From Candidatus Pseudolachnospira avium (GTDB lineage: Bacteria; Bacillota; Clostridia; Lachnospirales; Lachnospiraceae), in contig CAJFTW010000054.1 of assembly GCA_904420025.1 (NCBI GenBank), positions 761 to 64,760 of the forward strand: 64,000 nucleotides of DNA, written 5' to 3'. The notes under the pieces were generated by a model that was not told the DNA's origin, did not search any database, and worked only from the letters and a program-made list of their open reading frames with translations. Of the stretch, positions 19,781-28,187 are shown in pieces (the stretch's first letter is position 1; every line of letters begins with the position of its first letter). The position numbers and the translations under genes were made by a program.

Positions 19781-20422
19781 ATGGCGAATTTGAAGGATTT
19801 GACCGTGGACGGTTTTGTACAGATCACCTCCTCGGAGGAGCCGGCGCCGGGGGGCGGCAGCGTGTCCGCCCTGGCCGGCGCCCTGGCGGCAGCCCTGGCG
19901 GAGATGGTGGCCCGGCTCACCGTGGGCCGTGAGAGATACGCGGCGGCGGAGGAAGAGATGCAGCAGGTGCTCCGGGAGGCCGGAGCGATCAAGGAGGAGC
20001 TGGTGGCGGCCATCCATAAGGACAGCAGCTCCTTTGAGCAGTACATGGCGGCCTTGGCCCTTCCCAAAAACACCGAGGAGGAGAAGGCAGCGCGCCGGGA
20101 GGCTATGCAGGAGGGGCTGAAGGCGGCGGCCCAGGTGCCCCTGGGGGTGGCCCGGTCGGCAGCCCGGATTCTGCCCCTGGCCCAGGCAGCGGTGGCCCGG
20201 GGCAATGGCAACGCGGTGACGGACGCCCTGGTAGCGGCCATGATGGCCCGGACCGCGGTGCTGGGGGCCCTGTTCAATGTGAAGATCAACCTGTCCTCCA
20301 TCCGGGACGAGGCCTTTGTGCAGGAGCTGTCCCGGGAGGCAGCGGCGCTGGAGCAGGCGGCCCTGGAGGGGGAGCAGGCGATTTTAAGGAGCACGGAGAT
20401 CGGGGCGTCCTGCTGCCGGTAG
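19781..20422 (+). CDS. Formimino-THF cyclodeaminase / methenyl-THF cyclohydrolase family protein (FTCD_C domain)
   Basis: PAPGGGSVSAL, GNGNAVTD, ALFNVKINL. Confidence 0.9.
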   Translation: MANLKDLTVDGFVQITSSEEPAPGGGSVSALAGALAAALAEMVARLTVGRERYAAAEEEMQQVLREAGAIKEELVAAIHKDSSSFEQYMAALALPKNTEEEKAARREAMQEGLKAAAQVPLGVARSAARILPLAQAAVARGNGNAVTDALVAAMMARTAVLGALFNVKINLSSIRDEAFVQELSREAAALEQAALEGEQAILRSTEIGASCCR

Positions 20423-20464
20423 GAGATTTCATCCGGAGCGAAGGCAAAGAGAGGGGGGAAGCCT

Positions 20465-23299
20465 GTGGAGCAGCTGACGGTGCGTTTGTTTGGCACTCCC
20501 ATTGTGGAGCAGAACGGGGAGGAGGTCCGGTTTCCTTACAAAAAGGCGGCGGGTTTGTTTTACTATCTCTGCGTGCGAAAGAGCGCGACCCGGGAGGAGG
20601 CCATTCATCTGCTGTGGGCGGACAGCGGGGAGGCGGCGGGGCGGAAAAGCCTGCGGGAGGCCCTCTATCAGATTAAGAAGGCGGTGGGGGAGGAGGTGCT
20701 GCTCCTCTCCGGCCAGTCTGGTATCCGGCTGAACCCGGATTTCCCCTGCCAGGTGGATGCGGACGGCTTCCCGGAAGCGGCGGAGGCGTATCCCGGAGAA
20801 TTCCTGGAACATTTTTATGTGAAGAACAGCTATGAGTGTGAGGAGTGGGCGCGGGAGACGCGGGAGACCTTCCGGAAACGCTGGCTGGAAGAAAAGCGCC
20901 GGCAGCTGGATTTGGCAGCGGCGGCGGGAGACGGGGCCCGGATGGAGCAGCGTGGGGAGGAGCTGCTGCGCCAGGACCCATACAATGAGGAGCTCTGTGG
21001 CCATGCCATGGAGCTCTTTGCGGAACAGGGCCGGTATAACATGGCCATCCAGCTGTACTATGACCTGCGGAAGCGGTTAAAGGAGGAGCTGGATCTGGAG
21101 CCGGGGCCGGAGCTGCAGGAACGGCTGCAGCTGATTCTCCGGGTGCGGGAGGACCAGATGGGCGGCGCCATCCGCCGGGAGGAATATTTCTTTGGCCGCT
21201 CCCGGGAGGTATACCGGATGTACGGGCGGATCCAGGGCCTGCTCCGGGGGGAGCGGCAGTGTTCCCTGGTGGTTGCCGGGGAGATGGGGGTGGGAAAGAC
21301 GGCCCTGCTGGAGAAGGTGCGGCGGATGATCACCTCCCACCGGGCCTTGGTCTGGCAGGCAGCCTGCTATGAGTCGGAGCAGGAGTTTTATCTGAAGCCC
21401 TGGCAGGATCTGTTCGCCCAGATGGAGGAGCTGGCAGCCCAGGGGGAGATGGATCTGCGCCCTCAGGAGGCCCAGGCGTTCCGAAGCTTTATGAGCGGCG
21501 GGGAGAGCCTGCCGGCCAGCTGCCAGCGGGTGGAGCAGACCCTGCTGGAGCTGGTGGGCCGTCTGGCCGGCCACCGGAAGATTCTGCTGTTTGTGGATGA
21601 CATCCAGTGGATGGATGCCATGAGCGTGCAGCTGCTGCAGCGGCTGCTGCTGACCTACGGCGGCACCCAGGTGCTGCTGCTGGCGGGGCTGCGCCCCTGC
21701 GCGGAGAACCGGTTTGCCGGAGCCATGGAGCTGCTGCAGCGCCGGGAGCTGCTGGATACCCTGGAGCTGCCGAATTTTACCCGGGAGGAGACGGAGGCCA
21801 TTCTCCGTCAGCTGCTGCCGGAGGCGGGCGGCAGCCGGGAGCAGGCGGAGGGGATCTACCGGGAGACCGAGGGCAACGCCCTGTTTCTCACAGAACTGAT
21901 CCGGGAAATCCGGGAGAAGGGCTTTACCCTAGAGATCCCCCGGAAAACCGCGGGGATTCTGGAGAGCCGCCTGGCCCGGCTGTCCCGGGAGGAGAACCGG
22001 GTGCTGGACGCGGTTTCGGTCTTTCCGGAGCGGGCGGGAATCGAGCAGCTGGCGCTCTTGCTGCCAGGCCCCCGCCTGCCGCTGCTGGAACAGCTGGAAG
22101 CCCTGGAGCGGCAGCATCTGCTGCGGGAGCAGGTATCCGGCGGGGAGGTATCCTACGGCTTCTGCCACCGGCTGTACGGGGAGTTTGTGTACCGCCGCCT
22201 TTCGGAGGGGAAGCGGCGGCTGTGGCACCGCCAGCTGGGGGAGGCAGGTGAGGAGGAGTACCGGAAAACCCACCGCCTGGGGCTGCTGCCGCTGCTGGCC
22301 TACCACTGGGAGCGGGCCGGGGAGCAGCAGAAATTTTATCGGTACCGGCTCCAGTACCTGAAGGAGTTTTATACGGTCCGCAATGAGAATTACCCCATCC
22401 TTCGCCAGGAATTTTTCAGCGGGGCCGGCGGGCTGGGAGACCCCGGCGGCGTCCAGGTGATGACGGACCTGGCCCGGGAGGTGATCCGCTGGCCGGACTC
22501 CTCCCGGGAGAGCAAATCCCTGAAGATGGAGAGCTACTATATTTTAGGCCGTTACGACATTGCGGTGGGGGCATACCGGGAGGGCACCCGGGCCATGGAG
22601 ACCTGCCTGCGGTTGGCCGGGGAGCTGGGGAGCCGGGAGTATCAGATCCATGGCTGCAAGCAGATGATCTTTTACGGGATTCAGATCCAGGACCGGGCGG
22701 TGATGGAGGAGTACCTGCGCCAGGGCCGGGAGGCCCTCTTTGCCGGGGGTGCGCCGGAGGAGCAGGCGGTGTTTGACCGGCTGGAGGCACTGTATCTCAG
22801 CAGCCTGGGGCGTTTTCAGGAGGCGGAGGAGCGGCTGCGGCGGATTCTCCGCCGCTATGGGGAGCCGGGGGACGGACCCGACCGGCACCGGATGGACCGG
22901 GCCGCCTGCCTCAACTACCTGGGGGAGATTTACCGGAAACGGGGGCAGATGGAAGAAGCCTGCACCTTCTACCGGAAGGCACTGACGGAGTGCGGGGAGG
23001 ATTTCCCTTCCAACGGCGTTGGTCAGCTCTGCCGGAATCTGGGGAGGGCTCTCCTGGCGCGGGGAGAGCTGCCGGAGGCGGAGAAGTATCTGTTCCGGGC
23101 GGTGGATTGCTTCCGCTCCAACGATTACCGGTGGGGCTGGGACCAGGCGGAGGCCTGCCTGTGCCAGCTGCGGCTGCGCCAGGGCAACCTGCCTGCCGCC
23201 CGGGAGCATTTCCAGCGGGCCCGGCAGCTGGCGGAGCAGATGCGGACACCGGAGACCCTGGAGTGGGTGAGGCGGCTGGGGGAACAGCTTTCCCCGTAG
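20465..23299 (+). CDS. SARP-type (wHTH-BTAD) transcriptional activator with AAA/STAND ATPase and TPR sensor domain
   Basis: VRLFGTP...REEAIHLLW...SLREALYQIKK (wHTH); YPGEFL, DPYNEE (BTAD); Walker A GEMGVGKT; Walker B LLFVDDIQW; TEGNALF; C-terminal TPR-like helices. Confidence 0.88.
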   Translation: MEQLTVRLFGTPIVEQNGEEVRFPYKKAAGLFYYLCVRKSATREEAIHLLWADSGEAAGRKSLREALYQIKKAVGEEVLLLSGQSGIRLNPDFPCQVDADGFPEAAEAYPGEFLEHFYVKNSYECEEWARETRETFRKRWLEEKRRQLDLAAAAGDGARMEQRGEELLRQDPYNEELCGHAMELFAEQGRYNMAIQLYYDLRKRLKEELDLEPGPELQERLQLILRVREDQMGGAIRREEYFFGRSREVYRMYGRIQGLLRGERQCSLVVAGEMGVGKTALLEKVRRMITSHRALVWQAACYESEQEFYLKPWQDLFAQMEELAAQGEMDLRPQEAQAFRSFMSGGESLPASCQRVEQTLLELVGRLAGHRKILLFVDDIQWMDAMSVQLLQRLLLTYGGTQVLLLAGLRPCAENRFAGAMELLQRRELLDTLELPNFTREETEAILRQLLPEAGGSREQAEGIYRETEGNALFLTELIREIREKGFTLEIPRKTAGILESRLARLSREENRVLDAVSVFPERAGIEQLALLLPGPRLPLLEQLEALERQHLLREQVSGGEVSYGFCHRLYGEFVYRRLSEGKRRLWHRQLGEAGEEEYRKTHRLGLLPLLAYHWERAGEQQKFYRYRLQYLKEFYTVRNENYPILRQEFFSGAGGLGDPGGVQVMTDLAREVIRWPDSSRESKSLKMESYYILGRYDIAVGAYREGTRAMETCLRLAGELGSREYQIHGCKQMIFYGIQIQDRAVMEEYLRQGREALFAGGAPEEQAVFDRLEALYLSSLGRFQEAEERLRRILRRYGEPGDGPDRHRMDRAACLNYLGEIYRKRGQMEEACTFYRKALTECGEDFPSNGVGQLCRNLGRALLARGELPEAEKYLFRAVDCFRSNDYRWGWDQAEACLCQLRLRQGNLPAAREHFQRARQLAEQMRTPETLEWVRRLGEQLSP

Positions 23300-23403
23300 G
23301 CTGGGGCGGATTTTCCGGCAGGGGAGGGCCTACTTTCCAGAAAAAATGGCCGGTTCACCAGAAAGTAAACCTATATGCCCGCTGGCGCGGGCACCACCAC
23401 CCA

Positions 23404-23565
23404 TGAAAGCCCTCGGATTGCTCCGTGCTTGCGCACTCCCGCAATCCTACCTGTATTCGCAATTCGGCCTGCCGGCCTTCTTGCTCATACAGGTTAGCGC
23501 CGCTAAAGCATAAGCGGGCCAGCCTGCAAGCAGTCTGCCCGCTATGCTTTGCGGCCGGGCTTTCA
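23404..23565 (-). repeat. ~163-bp structured intergenic repeat, copy 2
   Basis: Reverse complement of 9618-9780 with compensatory stem changes. Confidence 0.9.
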
Positions 23566-23598
23566 AAGTAAAAAAATAAAGGCAGCGGGAAGACGTTT

Positions 23599-23631
23599 TT
23601 GACGGTCCTTTGACGTCCCATGGGGTAAGAT
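23599..23631 (+). promoter_or_regulatory. hutU promoter with TTGACG-N5-TTGACG direct repeat
   Basis: TTGACG at 23599 and 23610 (11-bp period), then 10 nt, then TAAGAT at 23626. Confidence 0.55.
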
Positions 23632-23718
23632 AAGGGTATAGAATGCCGGCGGCAGGCTCTGCCGGCGGAAACCGGCGCCTGCCACCGGCAGGCACACCCA
23701 GGAAAGGACGGAGATCAC

Positions 23719-25728
23719 ATGGAAAAGACCAATCTGAATGCTCAAATCTTTCAGCTGGATGAGATTCCGGCGTATCCAACGTTTGTGGAGGGAATCCGCC
23801 GGGCACCCCGGCGGGAGTCCCATCTGAGCCAGTCGGACCGGGAGACGGCCATCCTCAACGCCCTCCGCTACATTCCGGAGGAATACCAGGAGCAGATGGC
23901 CAAAGAGTTTGCCCAGGAGCTGGAGGAGCATGGCCGGATCTACGGCTACCGGTTCCGGCCGGAGGGAGCCATCCACGGAAAACCCATTGACCAGTACAAG
24001 GGCAAGTGTGTGGAGGGAAAGGCTTTCCAGGTGATGATTGACAACAACCTGGATTTTGACGTGGCCCTGTACCCCTACGAGCTGGTGACCTACGGGGAAA
24101 CCGGCCAGGTCTGCCAGAACTGGATGCAGTACCGGCTGATCAAAAAGTATCTGGAGGAGCTGACCCAGGAACAGACGCTGGTGGTCATGTCCGGCCATCC
24201 CCTGGGGCTGTTCCGCTCCCACCGGTACGCTCCCCGGGTGATCATCACCAACGGGCTGATGGTGGGCCAGTTTGACAACCAGGCCAGCTTCAACCGGGCG
24301 GCGGCCATGGGTGTGGCCAACTACGGCCAAATGACCGCCGGTGGCTGGATGTACATTGGCCCCCAGGGCATTGTCCACGGCACCTTCAACACCCTGCTCA
24401 ACGCCGGGCGGCTGGTGCTGGGCATCCCCCAGGATCAGGACCTGGCGGGGCGGCTGTTTGTCTCGGCCGGGCTGGGGGGCATGAGCGGCGCCCAGGGCAA
24501 GGCGGCGGAGATTGCCGGGGCCGTTTCCATTATTGCGGAGGTGGACTTTTCCCGGCTGATGACCCGCTATGAGCAGGGCTGGGTCAGCCGGTATACGGCC
24601 GACCTGGAGGAGGCCCTCCGCTGGGTCCGGGAAAAGCAGGAGGCCCGGGAGGCCTGCGCCATCGCCTACCACGGCAACGTGGTGGACCTGCTGGAGTTCC
24701 TCATTGAGAAGAATGTCCATGTGGACCTGCTGTCCGACCAGACCTCCTGCCATGTGCCCTATGACGGCGGCTACTGCCCCCAGGGCCTGGCCTTTGCGGA
24801 GCGGACCCGGATGCTGGCGGAGGAGCCGGAGCGGTTCCATGAGCTGGTGGACCAGACCCTGCGCCACCACTATCAGCTGATCTGTACCCTCCACGACCGG
24901 GGAACCTATTTCTTCGACTACGGCAACAGCTTCCTGAAGGCGGTGTATGACGCCGGCGTCCGGGAGGTCTGCAAAAACGGTGTGGATGAGACCGACGGTT
25001 TTGTGTTCCCCTCCTACGTGGAGGACATTCTGGGGCCTCAGCTCTTTGACTATGGCTATGGCCCGTTCCGCTGGTGCTGCCTGTCCGGCAAGCCGGAGGA
25101 CCTGGACGCCACAGACCGGGCGGCCATGGAGTGCATTGACCCCAACCGCCGCTACCAGGACCGGGACAACTACGTGTGGGTCCGGGATGCCAAGAAGAAT
25201 AAGCTGGTGGTGGGTACCCAGTGCCGGATTTTGTACCAGGATGCCCTGGGCCGCATGAAGATTGCCCTGAAGTTCAACGAGATGGTGCGGAACGGGGAGA
25301 TTGGCCCGGTGATGCTGGGCCGGGACCATCACGACACCGGCGGCACCGATTCGCCTTTCCGGGAGACTTCCAACATCAAGGACGGCTCCAATATCATGGC
25401 GGACATGGCCACCCAGTGCTATGGGGGCAACTGTGCCCGGGGCATGAGCCTGGTGGCGCTCCACAACGGCGGCGGCGTGGGGATCGGCAAGGCCATCAAC
25501 GGCGGCTTTGGCATGGTGCTGGACGGCAGTGAGCGGGTGGACACTATCCTCTCCATGGCCATGCCCTGGGATACCATGGTGGGTGTGTCCCGCCGTGCCT
25601 GGGCCCGGAATGAGAACGCGATTTCTACGGTGAAGGAGTACAACCAGCTGTACCGGGAGTCGGACCACATTACGGAGCCGTTTTTGGCGGACCGGGAGAT
25701 GGTGCGGAAGATTCTGGGAGAGGTGTAA
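23719..25728 (+). CDS. hutU: Urocanate hydratase (long, 669-aa type)
   Basis: YGQMTAGGWMYIGPQGIVHGT, GLGGMSGAQ, SDQTSCH, GRDHHD, LHNGGGVG. Confidence 0.97.
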   Translation: MEKTNLNAQIFQLDEIPAYPTFVEGIRRAPRRESHLSQSDRETAILNALRYIPEEYQEQMAKEFAQELEEHGRIYGYRFRPEGAIHGKPIDQYKGKCVEGKAFQVMIDNNLDFDVALYPYELVTYGETGQVCQNWMQYRLIKKYLEELTQEQTLVVMSGHPLGLFRSHRYAPRVIITNGLMVGQFDNQASFNRAAAMGVANYGQMTAGGWMYIGPQGIVHGTFNTLLNAGRLVLGIPQDQDLAGRLFVSAGLGGMSGAQGKAAEIAGAVSIIAEVDFSRLMTRYEQGWVSRYTADLEEALRWVREKQEAREACAIAYHGNVVDLLEFLIEKNVHVDLLSDQTSCHVPYDGGYCPQGLAFAERTRMLAEEPERFHELVDQTLRHHYQLICTLHDRGTYFFDYGNSFLKAVYDAGVREVCKNGVDETDGFVFPSYVEDILGPQLFDYGYGPFRWCCLSGKPEDLDATDRAAMECIDPNRRYQDRDNYVWVRDAKKNKLVVGTQCRILYQDALGRMKIALKFNEMVRNGEIGPVMLGRDHHDTGGTDSPFRETSNIKDGSNIMADMATQCYGGNCARGMSLVALHNGGGVGIGKAINGGFGMVLDGSERVDTILSMAMPWDTMVGVSRRAWARNENAISTVKEYNQLYRESDHITEPFLADREMVRKILGEV

Positions 25729-25744
25729 CCGATTCACGAAAAAG

Positions 25745-25782
25745 GTATCATAGGGGTCAAAATACCTTTTGCCCCCAACATC
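25745..25782 (-). repeat. 38-bp REP-like hairpin, copy 2
   Basis: Reverse complement reads GATGTTGGGGGCAAAA-GGTA-TTTTGACCCCTATGATAC. Confidence 0.8.
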
Positions 25783-25814
25783 AAAGTTTATTTGAGACGA
25801 CAGGGAGGTTTCCC

Positions 25815-27059
25815 ATGGCAGTTGGTTTACTGGTGAAAAACATAGGCCTGCTGGCCACCCCCACGGGCAGCTCAGCCCGCCGGGGGGCCCAGCAGGGAGA
25901 GATTACTCTTTTGCAGGATGCCTACGTGGCAATGAATCCGAAGGGGAATATTTTGGCGGTGGGAACCGGGCCGGTGCCGCCGGAGCTGGCGGAGGCCGAG
26001 GAGGTGCTGGACGCCCGGAAAAGCCTGGTGACGCCGGGGCTGGTGGACGCCCACACCCATCTGGTCTTTGGCGGCTGGCGGGAGCATGAGCTGGCCCTGA
26101 AGCTCCACGGCGTTCCCTACCTGGACATTTTGGCCCAGGGAGGCGGTATTCTGTCCACGGTGCGGATGACCCGGGCCGCCTCACAGGAGGAGCTGGCGGA
26201 GAAGGCGGGGGAGGCCCTGGCCGCCATGCTGGCCCTAGGGACCACCTCCTGCGAGGCCAAAAGCGGCTATGGCCTGAACTGGGAGACGGAGCGGAAGCAG
26301 CTGCTGGCAGTTCAGGAGCTGAACCGCCGGCAGCCGGTGGAGCTGACCCCCACCTTCCTGGGGGCCCATGCCCTGCCGGAGGAGTACCGGGACAACCGGC
26401 AGGAATACGTGCGACTGGTCTGCCAGGAAATGATTCCTCAGGTGGCGGAGGAAAAGCTGGCCCGGTTCTGCGATGTATTCTGTGAGACCGGTGTGTTTAC
26501 GGCGGAGGAGACGGAACAGATTTTGACCGCGGGGCTCCGCCATGGGCTCAAGGCCAAGGTTCACGCGGACGAGATTGACCCTATTGGTGGCTCCCAGTTG
26601 GCTGGGCGGCTGCCGGCCATCTCCGCCGAGCATCTGATCTGCACGCCGGATGCGGGCATCGCCTCCATGGCGGAGGGCGGCACCGTAGCGGTGCTGCTGC
26701 CGGCCACCTCCTTCTACCTGGACAAAGCCTTTGCCCGGGCCCGGGATATGATGGCGGCGGGGGTGCCGGTGGCGGTGGCCACGGACTTTAATCCCGGATC
26801 CTGTCCCTGCCTGTCCCTGCATACAGCCATGAACCTGGCCTGCTACAAGTACCGGATGACCCCGGAGGAGGTGCTCACCGCCGTGACCCTCAACGGGGCG
26901 GCGGCCATAGGCCGGGCCGGGGAGATCGGCAGCCTGGAGCCGGGCAAGCAGGGGGATCTGGTGATCTGGAACGCCCCCAACCTGGATTTTATCTTCTACC
27001 GCTTCGGCGACAACCTGGTGCGGCAGGTGGTGAAGAAGGGACGGAGGGTGGTGGGGTAA
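25815..27059 (+). CDS. hutI: Imidazolonepropionase
   Basis: PGLVDAHTH, GGGILSTV, EAKSGYGL, FCDVFCE, HADEI, ATDFNPGS. Confidence 0.96.
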   Translation: MAVGLLVKNIGLLATPTGSSARRGAQQGEITLLQDAYVAMNPKGNILAVGTGPVPPELAEAEEVLDARKSLVTPGLVDAHTHLVFGGWREHELALKLHGVPYLDILAQGGGILSTVRMTRAASQEELAEKAGEALAAMLALGTTSCEAKSGYGLNWETERKQLLAVQELNRRQPVELTPTFLGAHALPEEYRDNRQEYVRLVCQEMIPQVAEEKLARFCDVFCETGVFTAEETEQILTAGLRHGLKAKVHADEIDPIGGSQLAGRLPAISAEHLICTPDAGIASMAEGGTVAVLLPATSFYLDKAFARARDMMAAGVPVAVATDFNPGSCPCLSLHTAMNLACYKYRMTPEEVLTAVTLNGAAAIGRAGEIGSLEPGKQGDLVIWNAPNLDFIFYRFGDNLVRQVVKKGRRVVG

Positions 27060-27211
27060 CTCCGCCATGCGTCGAAATGCCACAATACGTTCCCGGATGT
27101 TTCGTAAAAACGATTTGATTTCACGGTTTGTTTTTGCTATACTGGTGTCAGAAGAGGTGCGCCCCTCCGTTTTCTGTTTACTTTCATCTGTCCCCTGGGT
27201 ATAATATGGTT

Positions 27212-28048
27212 ATGAAGGCTGTAGGAGCATACAAACGTTCTGTAAACGTCCTTCTGTTTCAGGGAAAAAACCAGATCCGGGCGGACAGCCTGGAGGAGGC
27301 ATCGGAGCGGTCCCAGTACAAGGCGGACGATACCAGGCTCCATGAGCAGGAGCGGGACGTGGCCAAGTTTTGGCGGGACGGGAAGCTTCGTATTGCCTTG
27401 GTGGGGCTGGAGAACCAGACCCGGGCGGATCCGGACATGCCGCTGCGGGTTATCAGCTATGACGGGGCGGCGTACCGCTCCCAGCTGCTGAAGGGCCCCG
27501 GGGAGAAATACCCGGCGGTGACACTGGTGCTTTATTACGGAAGCAGTCACTGGAATGGGCCCCGGACGCTCCATGAGCGGATTCCGGTTCCGGAAGCCCT
27601 GAAGGAGCACTGCAGCGACTACCGGCTCAACCTCTTTGAGATTGCCTTCCTCCCGGAGGAACAGATCCAGCAATTTCAGAGTGACTTCCGCATTGTGGCG
27701 GACTTTTTCCGCCAACAGCGGGTGTACGGGGATTACATTCCCGACCAGAGAACCATCCGGCATGTGGATGCGGTATTGAAATTTCTTTCCGTATTCACCG
27801 ACGACGAACGCTTTTCTGAGGCGGCAAGGGTGTTCCAGGCGGAAAAGAAGGAGGAAACCACTATGACGAAGGTTTTGGACCGGGTTGAAAACAGAGGCAT
27901 TCAAAAAGGTATTCAAAGAGGCATTACGGAGACCAAGCTTCAGCTCTATCAGGCCATGCGGAACCGCGGCCTTTCGGAGCAGGAAGCATTGGCCTTCGCG
28001 GAATCTGTGGCGGAGAAGGCGGCACAGGCGCTCCGGGAGCGGGAATAA
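27212..28048 (+). CDS. Rpn-family (recombination-promoting nuclease / PD-(D/E)XK putative transposase) protein
   Basis: ERDVAK, GLENQT, MPLRVISYD, VTLVLYYG, DYRLNLFEI and C-terminal GIQKGIQRGI repeats; start uncertain (ATG 27206 or 27212, just after TTTACT-N17-TATAAT). Confidence 0.8.
   Translation: MKAVGAYKRSVNVLLFQGKNQIRADSLEEASERSQYKADDTRLHEQERDVAKFWRDGKLRIALVGLENQTRADPDMPLRVISYDGAAYRSQLLKGPGEKYPAVTLVLYYGSSHWNGPRTLHERIPVPEALKEHCSDYRLNLFEIAFLPEEQIQQFQSDFRIVADFFRQQRVYGDYIPDQRTIRHVDAVLKFLSVFTDDERFSEAARVFQAEKKEETTMTKVLDRVENRGIQKGIQRGITETKLQLYQAMRNRGLSEQEALAFAESVAEKAAQALRERE
27863..28048 (+). CDS. Putative in-frame internal small protein (RpnS-like antitoxin, 61 aa)
   Basis: Internal AAGGAGG SD 8 nt before an in-frame ATG at 27863 (MTKVLDRVENRGIQKG...). 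Confidence 0.6.
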   Translation: MTKVLDRVENRGIQKGIQRGITETKLQLYQAMRNRGLSEQEALAFAESVAEKAAQALRERE

Positions 28049-28187
28049 TGCCACAAGATGGAGGGGAATTTGAGGAAAAAATCTTAAAAACCGTAGCAAA
28101 TCCAGGGAGACCGTGATATAATAATACGAAATTCCAAGCCGCAGGCAGCAGAGTGACGCCGGCGGCTTTCTTATGCCGGAGGCAGCT

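Noticed and set aside
23563-25737. Long antisense ORFs (e.g. 3908-5752, 11441-13183, 15035-16897, 23563-25737, 34768-37368, 37651-39792, 42454-44079, 48463-50475, 57528-59279)
   Set aside because: Shadows of well-supported genes on the other strand caused by GC-rich codon bias; no motifs or SD.
27128-28048. Intact IS element around the Rpn 'transposase'
   Set aside because: No terminal inverted repeats or target-site duplications are visible, and the family is not a demonstrated transposase.
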